From positions 128,001-192,000 of the forward strand of contig CAWHHI010000005.1 in the NCBI GenBank assembly GCA_963829055.1: a stretch of DNA of 64,000 nucleotides, written 5' to 3'. Under the pieces are notes generated by a model. It had not been told where the DNA came from. It ran no database searches and saw only the letters and a list, made by a program, of their open reading frames with translations. Each line of letters starts with the position of its first letter. The stretch's first letter is position 1. Source of the DNA: an uncultured Gemmatimonadaceae bacterium (GTDB lineage Bacteria > Gemmatimonadota > Gemmatimonadetes > Gemmatimonadales > Gemmatimonadaceae). The position numbers and the translations under genes were made by a program. Of this stretch, positions 1 through 11,487 are shown one piece after another.

Positions 1-1
1 C

Positions 2-445
2 TTCCTCGATGGGAAGTGGACCATCCGCTTCCAGGGACGGAAGTCGCCGACCGAGTTCGCCCCGGCCAGTGCCGGAACGTGGTCGGCGCACCGGACGCAT
101 GATGGCCTCGTCATCGAGGACGAGTTCAGTCTCATCAATCCGAGAGACGGGAGCCGGAGCCTGACGCTCACGTATCGCGTGTACAACAAGGCGCGGAAGA
201 CGTGGGAGATCGCCGGCGTGAGCGCGAGTCAGGGGAGCCCGTGGGCGCCCGGCGTGTCGTGGAGCGATGGACACGATCGCTTTGTGGTGCAGACGTACGG
301 AACGGGCGAGAAGGCGCTGATCACGCGCATTCGCTACTACGCCGTGACACCGAACCACTTTCTCTGGCGCGCCGACGGGTCGACTGACGGAGGGAAAACC
401 TGGATCAGAGACTTCTGGAAAATTGAAGCAGAACGGGTGAGATGA
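2..445 (+). CDS. Hypothetical protein, 5'-truncated by the window edge (DUF1579-like beta-barrel)
   Basis: Frame is open from base 2 (FLDGKWTIRF...LVIEDEF...TYRVYN...FLWRADGSTDGGKTW). The FLxGxW start and S.DGGKTW end resemble DUF1579-type proteins. Confidence 0.5.
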   Translation, partial: FLDGKWTIRFQGRKSPTEFAPASAGTWSAHRTHDGLVIEDEFSLINPRDGSRSLTLTYRVYNKARKTWEIAGVSASQGSPWAPGVSWSDGHDRFVVQTYGTGEKALITRIRYYAVTPNHFLWRADGSTDGGKTWIRDFWKIEAERVR

Positions 446-593
446 GCCGCCCACGCCGCGCTGCACGCAGCTCATGCGCGGCGCACGTGCGGCGCGCATC
501 GCAGCCACGTGCTGCTGCAGTTGGCACCCAGCGTCACCCAGCGCAGTTGGACGCGGTTCGCGCAACCAGCACGACCACCCAGCAACCAGCCGC

Positions 594-628
594 AGTCCCC
601 AGTCCCCAGTCCCCAGTCCCTAGTCCCA
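594..628 (+). repeat. Heptamer tandem repeat (AGTCCCH x5)
   Basis: agtcccc agtcccc agtcccc agtccct agtccca, overlapping the patatin stop codon. Confidence 0.9.
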
Positions 629-1687
629 GATCTGCACTCGCTCCGCGATCCGTCCTGTCTCCACCAGCTCACGCAACTCCTCGCCTAACGCCGCACTCGC
701 ATCCACGACTCCCTGCCAGCGACGCATCCGCTCCGTCTCCGGCATCGAGTAGAAGTCGCGCCGGTCAGGAATCTTGCCGCCCGGCAGCGACGCGACGAAC
801 GCGTCCGACGGCGCGATGAGCAACGCGCGGCGGAAGTTCGACGCGCCCGCACGGCGCCAGCGCATCGACTTGTCGAACCAGCCCGGCACGATGTGTGAGT
901 AGAAGTGCGGGTACAGTACCAACCCCGCGCCGGCGCCGAAGTCGAGATCGAGGTGGTAATCGAGCACGCCGCCGTCCCAGTGCAAGCCGCTGCCCGCACC
1001 CGGAATGCGCACACCCTCCACGAGCAGCGGGATCGCCCCCGAGGCGACCAGCACGTCGCGCAGATTCTCCCGCGTCAACGCCGCGTGCCGCGTCGGGAGA
1101 TCGGACAGCTTCGTGAACGGCGAATCCGCGCCGGCCGAATGGAAGATCCAGCGTCGCATCTGGAGCGCGAGCGTTCGGCGACTGACGAAGTTTCCCGCTA
1201 TCGCCACCGCCAGGCCCGCGGCGAGCAACGCGCGGCTCCCTCGTCCGGCGAGCCCTCGCCCCTCGGCCGTGATCACGTGCACGCGCGCCCACGGATGGCT
1301 CAGGATCTCGTCCACGCCCGTGGGGCCGAGCAGGAGATCGAGCGCGCGGCCGAGGACGGCGCCGACTTCCGCGGGGGACGGCTTCGGCGTATACCGCTGC
1401 TCATAGATGTACGCCTGATGTCCGCGGCCTAACGCGGCGATGGGATCGCGCTGCGCGAAGCACGCCATGCGCCAACTGCCGATGGATGACCCGATGAGAT
1501 GCATCGGCCGCGTCCTCGGCTGCTGGAGCAGCTCGCCGAACAGGTAGCGATCGAGCCCCGCGATCGCGAGCCACTTGGCACCCCCCGAGGCTCCGGGAAT
1601 GACATCGACATCCTCGGCGCGCAGCCCGCGCTCGCGAATGATTCGATAGGCCTCGGCGCCTGCCAGCAGGGTGAGCGTACGCATCAC
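620..1687 (-). CDS. Patatin-like phospholipase family protein
   Basis: Gly-rich GASGG, nucleophile motif GSSIG and DGG motif (WDGGVLDYH). Intact 355 aa ORF. Confidence 0.85.
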   Translation of the reverse strand: MMRTLTLLAGAEAYRIIRERGLRAEDVDVIPGASGGAKWLAIAGLDRYLFGELLQQPRTRPMHLIGSSIGSWRMACFAQRDPIAALGRGHQAYIYEQRYTPKPSPAEVGAVLGRALDLLLGPTGVDEILSHPWARVHVITAEGRGLAGRGSRALLAAGLAVAIAGNFVSRRTLALQMRRWIFHSAGADSPFTKLSDLPTRHAALTRENLRDVLVASGAIPLLVEGVRIPGAGSGLHWDGGVLDYHLDLDFGAGAGLVLYPHFYSHIVPGWFDKSMRWRRAGASNFRRALLIAPSDAFVASLPGGKIPDRRDFYSMPETERMRRWQGVVDASAALGEELRELVETGRIAERVQIWD

Positions 1688-1737
1688 TCAACCTAGCTGG
1701 CATGCCTGCAACAGTGGTTTGGATCGTCCATGCCAGC

Positions 1738-1898
1738 GACTGCTTCGGCAAGCCATCTCAGACGAAGGGCGAACGGATCCGGCGGATAAACCGGATTGAC
1801 TCCCACGCGGGACGGATGCTGAGCAATAGGCCGAATCAATCCGGCCGATCCGGCGAATCCGTTCGCTCCCCCTGTCTGAGATGGTTGCCGAAGCAGTC
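1738..1898. repeat. Palindromic MITE-like element, family B (CATCTCAGAC...GTCTGAGATG)
   Basis: gactgcttcggcaagccatctcagac pairs with gtctgagatggttgccgaagcagtc; inner arms also pair. Related copies at 39363, 55876 and 60069. Confidence 0.85.
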
Positions 1899-1949
1899 CC
1901 TGACGTCCTCCGGGTCCTCTGCGGTTGGTGCTGTTGGTGTTGCCGTGGC

Positions 1950-4302
1950 TCAGTATCTGTACGCTTGGAGTCCAATGCGAACCGTGCGTGGCAGCCCATA
2001 CGAGATGAGCGTGTTCGCGCCGGTGCCCGCGAGATTGATCTGATACTGCGTATCGCCGATGTTCTCGACCGACACGAAACCCGCGATCCCGCGCACGAGC
2101 TCGCGCTGCACGTTCGCGTCCACCACCGTGAACGGGTCGAGCCAGACGCCCTGCAGCGTCGTCGTGTGACCCTCGTGACGCCAGATGCCCGTCCACGTGC
2201 CGAACATCCTCGACGCGTACGTCGCGCGGATCGTCTGCTTGGGCGACGGCACGCGGTTGATGTGCGCGCCGACCACCGTCCCTGGTGGCCCCGACACCAC
2301 GCGCGCGTCGTCGTAGTTCACGCTGCCGCTGATGAACAGCTGCCTAACGGGGCGCAGCGCGAGGTACGCCTCGCCGCCCTTCGACCGCGATTCGTTCACG
2401 TTGAGCCGCTGGCGCGTCACCGGCGGACCGGCCGAGATCTGCACCGGAACGTTGAAGTTGTTGTAGTCCGCGACGTACCACGTGCCCTTGAACTGCATCC
2501 AGTCCGCTGGCTGCCAGTCGAGCCCGACTTCACGACCGAACGCCGTCTCCGGCTTGAGGTCGGGATTCGGGATCGTGACCTGCGTGGCAGTGATCTGTTT
2601 CCGATACAGCTCGGCGAGATTCGGCGCGCGGAACGCCTTGTACAGGGCTCCGTGGAACGACAGCGTCGGGATCAGCTGATACCTGACGCCTATCCGCGGC
2701 GAGAACTCGTCTTTCTGCTGTCCCCATAGTCCGTCGTGCCGAGCGTGGCGTCCACCGTGCGGCCGTTGTTGTTGCCCCAGTGATCGAAGCGCGCACTCAG
2801 CTCCACGCGCACCGGCGTGATCGGCGCCGCGATCGCCTGCACGAACGCGCCGCCCAACGCCTGATCACCACCGGACCAGATCGTCCGCACGACGTTCCCG
2901 CAGTTCGCGGTGGGGCACACCGTGTTGAGGTCCACCTCGTCGAACGCGCCGTTCATGTGCCGATAGTCACCACCGACGCTGAACGATTCCAGATGCCAGG
3001 CCCCGTGCGCGTCCATACAGCGGAGGCGCCCCAGTCATGACTCGGGATGTCCGCGACGACGCTCGAGTCCTCGCACTGGCGCGCCGCGGTGGACGGTGTC
3101 GGGCACGTCGCCGAAAGCACGCGGATCGATGACGAGCGCTGATGCTCATCCTGCCGACCGTCCCACGCGCGGAATGAGAGCAGGCCGCTCGTATACGCGC
3201 CGTAGTCCGCACCGAAGCTCACGTCGCCCTGTTCGCGCGTCTGATACGACAGCGGTGTCCCGGTATCGCGATTGTCGCCGAACAGGTGACCCGTCACGAA
3301 TGCGGAGAATTTCGCGGACGGGGTGTAGTTGAACCGGCCGTACACGTTGCGCTGGATGATCTCGGATCGCTCATCGACCGCGCCGCGCTTCGCCGAATCG
3401 AGGAGCGTGTATCCGCCGCCGTCCTGGTAGTCTCCGCTGAGATACGCGTTGACCGGGCCGTAAATCGGAACGCCGGCCGCCGCGAACACGTGACGCGTAT
3501 CGCGACTGCCGCCTTCGACGGTCATGTTGACCGCGCCGGGCGCGAGCGGGCGCGAGAAGAACGAGATCACGCCGCCCATGGCGCCGTTGCCGTACAGGCT
3601 CGACGTCCCGCCCTCGACGACCTCGACGCGATCGAGCATGCCCTTCGGCACGCGCCCCCAATCGATCCATTCCCCCCACGCGTCATTCACAGGGATCCCA
3701 TCGAACAACACGACCGTGCGCCCTTCGTCGACGCCGCGGATCGACACGATCTGCGCGGTACCGCCGACGAGACTGCTCGTGCGCGGGAGCTCGACGCCCG
3801 GAATCTCGCGCAGGAGATCCTGCGACTCGCGCGCGGGGCTCGTCTGCACGTGCTCCGGCGTCAGGACGTTCACCGTCGAAGCGACCTGCGACGCCTCGGT
3901 GGGTGTCCGCGTCGCCGTGACGATCACACTCGACAGCATGAGCGAGCCGGGCTCGAGCTGCGCGTCGAGCGACGCGGTCTGACCGGCGACTACGTCCACG
4001 CTTTTCCGCATGGGCTTGTGGCCGATCGCGGTGACCAGCACCTCGTAGCGTCCGGGGGAAAGATTGCGAAGTGTGAACCGACCGTTCGCGTCGGACACAA
4101 CCACGCGCTCGGGTGACTCGACGGCGATGCGAGCGCCCATCACGGAGCGGTGGTCGGCGGATGTGATGACACCGCGGATCGAGCCATCGCCCTGCGCGTG
4201 AGCCGCGACGGGCCAGCCGAGCAAAACGAGGCTTAGGAAACGCGCAACTGAGCGCGAGAACAGTGAGCGCGAGAAGAACGAGCGTACAATGAATGTCGAC
4301 AT
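1950..4302 (-). CDS. TonB-dependent receptor with N-terminal carboxypeptidase-regulatory-like domain (frameshifted in this assembly)
   Basis: Signal peptide, VIVTATRT, plug motifs (SIRG...VLFDGIP; RVEVVEGGTSSLYGNGAMGGVI) and C-terminal VENIGD...GLPRTVRIGL. Split over ORFs 2953-4302, 2690-3016, an intermediate frame and 1950-2498. Confidence 0.85.
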
Positions 4303-4363
4303 GTTGAATGGGTTCGGGTTGCGACGGTCGGAATGATACGAGCGGTGCTGCGCGACTGTTGAT

Positions 4364-4510
4364 TGTCATTCCGAGCGGAGCCGCGAAGGCCGCAGTCGAG
4401 GAATCGAGACCGTACGGTAGAGAGCCCTCTATCCGGACGATCGCGATTCCTCGACTGCGCGTCCGCTACGCGGCGCTCCGCTCGGAATGACAACCTCGCT
4501 CGGAATGACA
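4364..4510. repeat. REP-like palindromic element, family A1 (TGTCATTCCGAGCG...CGCTCGGAATGACA)
   Basis: Terminal inverted repeats, inner agtcgaggaatcg/cgattcctcgact pair, and a duplicated right end. Close relative at 36217-36372. Confidence 0.9.
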
Positions 4511-4559
4511 ACCGGCATAGATTCACGTCGCGGTTCACCCATCTACCGACATCCAGCAC

Positions 4560-4570
4560 TGGTCAGACCA
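4560..4570. promoter_or_regulatory. Candidate FadR/GntR-type operator TGGTCAGACCA
   Basis: Perfect 5-1-5 palindrome in the divergent region between the TonB receptor and the ABC ATPase. Confidence 0.4.
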
Positions 4571-4575
4571 CTGGC

Positions 4576-5289
4576 TTGACCCCTCGGCTCTCAGTCGACC
4601 GCCTGCACAAGCGCTTCGGCCAGATCGAAGCGCTTCGCGCCGCGACGTTCCGCGTGGAGCACGGCGAAGTGCTCGGCCTGCTCGGGCCTAACGGGGCTGG
4701 CAAGAGCACGCTGCTCGCCTGTCTCGCCGGCCTCCTGCATGCGGACGGCGGCCAGGTCCTTGGCGCCGATGGTCGCGCAATCGAGCCGGCGCGTCGCCGA
4801 GATGCGTTGATGTATCTGCCGGACGGCATCGCGCCGTGGCCGGATCAGACCGCGAGCTGGATCCTCGAGTTCTGGCGCGTGATGACGGGCGCGCGCGCCG
4901 ATGGTTGGGAGGCCATCGCCGACGTCCTCGGGCTGGCCGAGCTGCGTGGGCGGCGTATCGGCACACTGTCGAAGGGCGAGCGCAAGCGCGTACTGCTCGG
5001 TCTGGCGCTGGCGTCACCGCAGCCGGTCGTGCTCATGGACGAGCCGTTCGACGGGCTCGACCTGCGCCAGACGCGCGCGACGATCGCGATGTTCCGCGAG
5101 CTGGCGCGTGAAGGGCGATCGCTGGTGCTCTCGATCCACTCGATGCCTGACGCCGCGCGCGTCTGCGACCGGCTCGTGCTGCTGAACGACGGCAGCACGA
5201 TCGCCGAAGGGACACTGCCGGAGCTGCGCGAGCGTGCGGGACTCGCGGCCGGCGCCGACCTCGAGGACGTGTTCCTTGCCATCGCCTAA
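4576..5289 (+). CDS. ABC transporter ATP-binding protein (ABC-2 type)
   Basis: Walker A GPNGAGKS, signature LSKGERKR, Walker B LMDEP, H-loop. TTG start at 4576 is inferred because the longer ORF runs through a repeat. Confidence 0.9.
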   Translation: MTPRLSVDRLHKRFGQIEALRAATFRVEHGEVLGLLGPNGAGKSTLLACLAGLLHADGGQVLGADGRAIEPARRRDALMYLPDGIAPWPDQTASWILEFWRVMTGARADGWEAIADVLGLAELRGRRIGTLSKGERKRVLLGLALASPQPVVLMDEPFDGLDLRQTRATIAMFRELAREGRSLVLSIHSMPDAARVCDRLVLLNDGSTIAEGTLPELRERAGLAAGADLEDVFLAIA

Positions 5290-5305
5290 CGCTGTCGGCG
5301 TGGGA

Positions 5306-6623
5306 ATGCGATGGCGGTGGCTCGCCGCCAAGGAGTGGCGCGAGCTCGTGGCATCGCGCGCGATGCTGGTGTTCGCGTTGTGTCTCGGGCCCCTCGTGGG
5401 ACACGCGTTCGCGACGGCGGTGGACGTCTATGGCGAGGCGAGCGGCGCCGGCGGTGGACCTGCCGCGCTCGCGCAGGGGCTGAGTCCACTCGACGGCATC
5501 GTCGTGCCGACGTTCGGCGCGTACGCGATCGCGGCGATGCTGCTGTTTCCGTTCGTCGCTATTCGCGCGGTCGCGGCCGAGAAGGAGAGTGGCGCGCTGT
5601 CGCTGCTCGTGCAGAGTCGAGTGAGTCTCGGCACGATGATCGTCGTGAAGTTCGTCGTGCTGCTCGGCGCGTGGATCCTGGCGTGGGTGCCCGGCGTCGT
5701 CGCGCTCGCGATGTGGCGCGCGAGTGGCGGCCATCTGTACTCACCGGAAGTCGCGACGGTGTTCGCTGGCCACGTTATGCGCGGCGCGCTCGTCATCGCG
5801 CTCGGCCTCGCGGCGGCGGCCGTCACTGACGGCGCGGCGAGCGCCGCGGTGCTGACGCTCGCCGTCACGCTCGGCACGTGGGCCCTGGATTTCATAGGGC
5901 AGGTGCGTGGCGGCACGGCGATGAGCCTCGCGCGGTTCACGCCCGACTCGGCGCTCCGCGTATTCGAGCACGGCGAGCTGCGGCTCGATCTGCTGCTCGC
6001 GACCGCGGCGATCATCGCCGCGCTGCTCGCGTTCACGGTCGTGTGGCTTCGGCCGGCACGGCTCGTTCGCGCGCGTCTCGGGATAACGGCGGCGGTCGTT
6101 ACTCGCTGCGGCGCTCGTGTGTGTGGCGTCCGCGCGTGTAAGCACGAGTTGGGACATGAGTGAGGATCGACGCAGCTCGTTCGCCGCCGCGGATGAGGCG
6201 TTGCTGCGAACGATCCACGCGCCGCTCTACGTGACCGCGCATCTCGCACCGGAGGATCCACGTCTCGCCGACCTCGAGAGCGGTGTGTTGCGCAAGTTGC
6301 GGCGGACGCTGCCGGCGGTGCACGTGGACTACGCGGCTCGCGGCGCCACGGGACTCTTCGAAGGCTCGGCCGCGCGGTACGGCGAAGTCGTGTATCGCCT
6401 GAACGATCGCGAAGCGATGACGCGATCGACCACGGTGCCGATCGTGCTCGAGACCATCTATGGACTCGCCGGCCTGACGCCGCCAACGGCTGGCGCCGCG
6501 GACGCGTATCCCGGGTACCCGCACGTCGCGCACATCCGGCTGATCGCGCCACTATTCTACGTGCTCTGGCCCGTCGCGGTGCTCGTGATGTGGTGGACGT
6601 CGCGCCACCGTCGCCGCGCGTGA
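5306..6623 (+). CDS. ABC-2 permease fused to a GldG-like extracytoplasmic domain (one frameshift near 6100)
   Basis: Multi-TM ORF 5234-6163 (AAEKESGAL motif) continues into ORF 6117-6623 (SWDMSEDRRSSF..., C-terminal TM). Confidence 0.75.
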
Positions 6624-6658
6624 GATTCTACGGCTCGAACCCGCTCCTCCATCTCGCC

Positions 6659-7432
6659 ATGTTGAACTCGTCGAACCATCGCCTTCATCGTTGGCCATTC
6701 GCGCTGCTCGCGGGCGTCGTTCTCACAACGAGCGCGCGCAGTGCTCAGGCTCAGGCGCAGGCCGCGTCAGGCACCGCTGCGCGTCCCATTCGCGTGGATG
6801 TGGCGCGCGACAAGGTCGGGGCCGAGCCGTCCACGTTCGTACCGATGGTGGGCAACTGGGTCGTCGCGGATGAGGAAGGCAAGAAGGTCGTGATGGCTGA
6901 CGGGCGCGAGTGGAAGCGCGGTCAGCCGGCCGGCGGTCTCGCCGACAAGGCGCGCGCGATCTACGGCGCGAGACATGAGGAGTTCATCGACAACGTGAAG
7001 GCGTTCGCGTACTTCCCGATCGCCGTCGCGAAGGGGATCGATGACTTCCAGAACGGCGAGATCTCCGTGCGGTTCATGATGGTCGGCGGCACGCTCGACC
7101 GGTGCGCCGGCATTCTGTTCAACGTCAAGCCTAACGGCGACTACCTCACGGTTCGGTTCAACGGCACCGAGGACAACGTGGTGCTGTGGACGTTCAACGA
7201 GGGGAAGCGCAGCTTCGTGAAGCGCGCGCCGGAGAACGTGCCGCTCGAGCTCGGGACGTGGCACGAGCTCAAGATCGCGGTGCACGGGACGCAGCTGCAG
7301 GGGTTCCTCGACGGCAAGGCGCTGCTCGACTACACGCTGAAGGAGCCCGTCTCTGGCAAGGTCGGTCTGTGGTCGAAGACCGATAGCATGACGGAGTTCG
7401 CCGATTTCACCGTCACGCCGGCGGCGCGATGA
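6659..7432 (+). CDS. Secreted ConA-like / DUF1080-like beta-sandwich protein
   Basis: Signal peptide, AGILF, WHELKIAVHG...GFLDG, GKVGLW. Strong coding codon bias. Confidence 0.6.
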   Translation: MLNSSNHRLHRWPFALLAGVVLTTSARSAQAQAQAASGTAARPIRVDVARDKVGAEPSTFVPMVGNWVVADEEGKKVVMADGREWKRGQPAGGLADKARAIYGARHEEFIDNVKAFAYFPIAVAKGIDDFQNGEISVRFMMVGGTLDRCAGILFNVKPNGDYLTVRFNGTEDNVVLWTFNEGKRSFVKRAPENVPLELGTWHELKIAVHGTQLQGFLDGKALLDYTLKEPVSGKVGLWSKTDSMTEFADFTVTPAAR

Positions 7433-8114
7433 GCACGCGACCTGGGTCACACCTAACGCGTGCGGCTGTGATCGCGCTGGTCGCCGCGGCACCTCTCGCT
7501 GCGCAGGCGTCGAAGTCGGCGAAGTCCGAAAGCTGTCCCGCGGTGGACACGAAGGCGGGCTGGTACGTGAAGCAGCGCGCGTGGGCTGAGTGACTCGAGT
7601 CACGCGTGGTCGAACGATTCGCTGCGGACGGCGCTGATCCACGCTGCCGGCGCTCGACAACGCCAACGGCGGAACCGGCGCGCTCATGGGCTACGAGATC
7701 GTGGGAGCGACGCCTAACGCTGCACAGGGGGATGCGGCGACGGCGATCGCCGCGTTGCGCACGCTCGCCCAGACTCGCGGGTCGACGTGGCCGACGAAGT
7801 CGGTCGTTGGCGCGGAGGGAGTGCGGGCAGTGTGGGTGCTCGCGGGCCAGGACACGTCACTCGCGCGCGCGGCACTGCATCGGATGATGGAAGCGGGCCC
7901 GGAGGAATCCCCGCCGGCGGCGGTCGCGATTCTCGAAGATCGCCTGCGGATCGCGTCTGGCCGGAAACAGATCTACGGGACCCAGCTAGTGAAGAGCGCG
8001 GACGGCAAGCTCGAGCCGGCGCCGCTGGAGGACCCGAAGCACGTGGACCTGCGTCGCGACGCGGCGGGTCTGCCGCCGCTGGCGCAGGCGATGTGCGCGG
8101 CTTCGAGGCCGTAG
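7429..8114 (+). CDS. Secreted DUF6624-like protein (frameshifted)
   Basis: ATG overlaps the upstream TGA. C-terminal part has WP..S.VG..G..AVW.L, LEDR.RI..G.KQIYGTQ and VD.RR...GLPPL. Confidence 0.65.
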
Positions 8115-8139
8115 GAAGGAGGCCTGAGGAAGGAGATCA

Positions 8140-8245
8140 TGTCATCCCGAGCGCAGCGAGGGACCTTGTGTGAAGTACTCGTGGCCAGACCGGCTACGAT
8201 GACATCAGACAAGGTCCCTCGTCGCTAGCGCTCCTCGGGATGACA
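8140..8245. repeat. REP-like palindromic element, family A2 (TGTCATCCCGAG...CTCGGGATGACA)
   Basis: Arms gtcatcccgag..cgagggacctt / aaggtccctcg..ctcgggatgac around the conserved core gtggccagaccggctacgatg. Confidence 0.9.
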
Positions 8246-8256
8246 ATGTTCCCCGC

Positions 8257-8721
8257 TTACGGCGCCTTCGTCGCCTCCCAGGTCGACTTCCCGACCACGG
8301 AGTCGGGCTTCGCCGCGAGCATGAGGTTGGCCGTGCCGACCAGCTTTCCGTCCTTCAAGCGGCCGATCGACCGGAACATCACTTTCGGCGCATTCTTCGG
8401 CATCGTGGGATCCTTGTAGGCCACGGACGTCACGATGGAGCTGTCCGCGTCATACTTCGTGGTGAAGCGGACGGAATCCTTGCTGGTGCCGAACACGATC
8501 TTCCCCGTCGAGTCCGAGGTGCTCACGACGGTGAACGTGGTCGTGGAATCGGATCCCTCACGTTTACTCGTGCCGTTCCAGGTACCGCGCATGTCGGCGG
8601 GGGTCAGTGCCGCTGGTGCGGCCGGCGGCGGCGCCGCGACGGTGGCAGCCGTGTCGGTTGCTGGGGTTTCGGCCTTGGAGCATGCGACAACAGCCAGTGT
8701 GAGCAGGAATACTTTGCGCAT
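8257..8721 (-). CDS. Hypothetical lipoprotein
   Basis: MRKVFLLTLAVVAC lipobox, Pro/Ala linker, then a small beta-rich domain (GTWNG...). Confidence 0.7.
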   Translation of the reverse strand: MRKVFLLTLAVVACSKAETPATDTAATVAAPPPAAPAALTPADMRGTWNGTSKREGSDSTTTFTVVSTSDSTGKIVFGTSKDSVRFTTKYDADSSIVTSVAYKDPTMPKNAPKVMFRSIGRLKDGKLVGTANLMLAAKPDSVVGKSTWEATKAP

Positions 8722-8887
8722 TGACGCCTCGAGGTGGACGATCGATTGCGAGTGATTTCGCGCGAGCCCACGGCGGCCCACGCGGTTCGATGATGCAGAT
8801 TTCCCGTATGCGCCGCCAGCGGTCGGTAGGTGACAGCAACGGTAGCCGCCGTTCACCACCGAGGACGCGGCGGACTGCTTCACCACG

Positions 8888-9054
8888 CATCCAGAACCGA
8901 GGGTGTGGACGGAAACGGCCGGAAACATCGGATCGGGCGGATTGGTCAGATGCCGGGAGAGTCGGTGCCGCAACGAGCCTTGATAGCAAGGGGCGGTCTC
9001 GGCCGCATGTCAGTCGTTTCCGGCCGTTTCCGTTCCCACTCTCGATTCTGGATG
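8888..9054. repeat. Palindromic MITE-like element, family C
   Basis: catccagaaccgagggtgtggacggaaacggccggaaac pairs with gtttccggccgtttccgttcccactctcgattctggatg. Left arm is nearly identical to the copy at about 48460. Confidence 0.85.
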
Positions 9055-9364
9055 TCGTGACTCGCCGTCGCCGGATGCTGTCGATGCTGCATCGCACGCT
9101 GAAGCACGCACCATCGGCGATCCACGGGTCGCACGCCGGTATCCAGCTCGCCGCCAGCCGCCACCACTCGACGCGTACGCCTAACGCGGGCATCCTCACG
9201 CCCATTCGTGCAGCGACGCGGTCACCACGCCGGTCGCGAGTCATCATGCCACGAGCACCAGCAGTGAGCTTGCCAGTCCGACGGATGGCTGCTTCCTTTG
9301 CGCCACGGCAGACGGCGGCCACTGACTCGCGAGTGATCGCTGACGTCATCTCACGCGGAGCACG

Positions 9365-10407
9365 ATGGTCTGGGAAGAGCGCTGGCACCCACTGCGGCGG
9401 GAGTGGGTGGTGATCTCGTCGCATCGCGATCGGCGCCCGTGGCAGGGCGAGACCGTGGGCGACGCGCGCGCGCCGCCCGTCGCCTACTCGCCCGACTGCT
9501 ATCTCTGCCCCGGCAACGTGCGCGTGTCGGGCGAACGCGAATCCCGCGCTACACCGGCGTCTTCGCGTTCGACAACGACCATCCGTGCGTCGGCCCGTCC
9601 GCGCCGGAGCCCCGTCCCGCTCGCTGACGGTCCGTACCAGAACCGCCGCGCCGACGGCCTGTCGCGCGTCGTGTGCTACTCGCCGCGTCACGACCTCTCG
9701 CTCGCGGAGCTGCCGCCTAACGACGTCGTGAGTCTGCTGGCGGCGCTGCAGGAACAGTTTCGCGAGCTCGCCGCGCGGCCCGAAGTGCGGCACGTGCTCA
9801 TGTTCGAGAACAAGGGCGACGTCGTCGGCGTGAGCAACCCGCACCCGCACTGTCAGATCTACGCGACGAACTTCGTCTTCCGTACGATCGAGGTCGAAGC
9901 AGACGCCTCGGCGACGTACCTCGCCGATAACGGCGCGTACGCTGTTCCAGGACATCATCGCGGCCGAAGAGCGACGACCAGAGTCGGGTCGTCGTCTCGA
10001 ACGAACACGCTGTTGCGTTCGTTCCGTACTTCGCGCGCTACCCCTACGAGACGTTCGTCGCGCCACGCACGACGCACGCCGAACATCGCGTCGAGCTCTC
10101 GAGCGCCGAGCTCGAAGATCTCGCGCCGTGCCTCCGCGACACGCTCATTCGCATGGACAACCTCTGGCGCATGCCGTTTCCGTACGTCATGGCCTTCCAC
10201 CAGGCACCCATCGACGGCGCAGTCGCACCCGGGGTTCCACTTTCACATTGAGATTCACACGCCGCTCCGGAAGCCAGGGCTGCTCAAATACCTCGCGGGT
10301 CCGGAGATCGGCGGCGGTAACTTCCTCAACGACACCGCGCCGGAAGACAAGGCGCGCGAGCTGATCGCGCAGTCCGGCGTGCACTACCGCTCTGGTCCGT
10401 CCCATGA
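9365..10407 (+). CDS. galT: Galactose-1-phosphate uridylyltransferase family protein (frameshifted; end approximate)
   Basis: RWHPLRREWV, RPWQG, CYLCPGN, FENKG..VGVSNPHPHCQ (catalytic HPH), FHFHIEI, LKYLAGPE. Confidence 0.85.
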
Positions 10408-11475
10408 GCGACGCGCGGCGCCTCCTCCCCGCGATTCTCGCGCTGCACGATCGCATCCGCGCGTCGGTGCTCGACGCGTTCGCGACGCGTCACCGCGACG
10501 ACCTGTCCGGCGTCGCGCACGATGACGAAGGCGACACCATCTACGCCGTCGACCGTGTGAGCGAAGCCGCGCTGGTCGATGGGCTCGACGGAGATCGCGC
10601 GCGAGGAGCCGCTGTGCCTCGTCGCCGAGGGACTGCCGACCGGCGGCCTGACGCTGCCCGCGGGCACTCGCGACGCGGATTGCCGGTGGCGCCTGCTCGT
10701 CGACCCGATCGACGGCACGCGCGGGCTCATGTACCAGAAGCGGCCGGCCTGGATCCTCACCGGCGTCGCGCCGAACCGCGGCCCCGCCACTCGGCTCCGG
10801 GACATCGTGCTCGCCGTGCAGACGGAGATCCCGCTGCTCAAGCAGCACCTGTGCGATCAGCTCTGGGCCGTGCGCGGCGACGGCGTTCAGGCTCAGCGGA
10901 TCGATCGCCTAACGGGAAGCGTCCGTTCCGCTCGACGCTCCGTCCGTCGCACGCGACCACGCTCGCGCACGGCTTCGCGTCCGTCAGCCGATTCTTTCCC
11001 GGCGCGCGCGACGTCCTCGCCGCGATCGACGACGAAGTCGTGGCCGAGGTGATGGGGCAGGCGGTCGCGGGCAAGGCAGCGTGCTTCGAGGATCAGTACC
11101 TCTCCACCGGCGGCCAGCTCTACGAGCTCATGGCGGCCACGACCGGTTCATCGCCGACATTCGCCCGCTGCTCGATCGCCCGTTCTCGCGTCGCGCAGCC
11201 AGCCACGCCCCCTGTGCTGTCATCCCTACGACCTCTGCGCGATGCTCGATCGCCGAGGAGTGCGGCGTTAGGCTGACGGACGCCGCGGGCGAACGCGCTG
11301 GACGCACCGTTCGATCTCGACGCCGACGTCTCGTGGGTCGGCTACGCGAACGACCGGCTGCGCGCGCGGGTCGAGCCGGCGCTGCTCGGCGCGCTCGCGC
11401 GGCGCGGACTGTTGCCCAGCGTCGATCCTCTCGACCGCGGCCCCGGTGCGCACTCGCACGCTGAGCAGCTGACTA
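10404..11475 (+). CDS. Inositol monophosphatase / FBPase-like (FIG superfamily) phosphatase (frameshifted; end approximate)
   Basis: [28 protein letters not shown] metal-binding motif, [15 protein letters not shown], found across frames. Confidence 0.75.
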
Positions 11476-11487
11476 GCCGCCGGCGAC

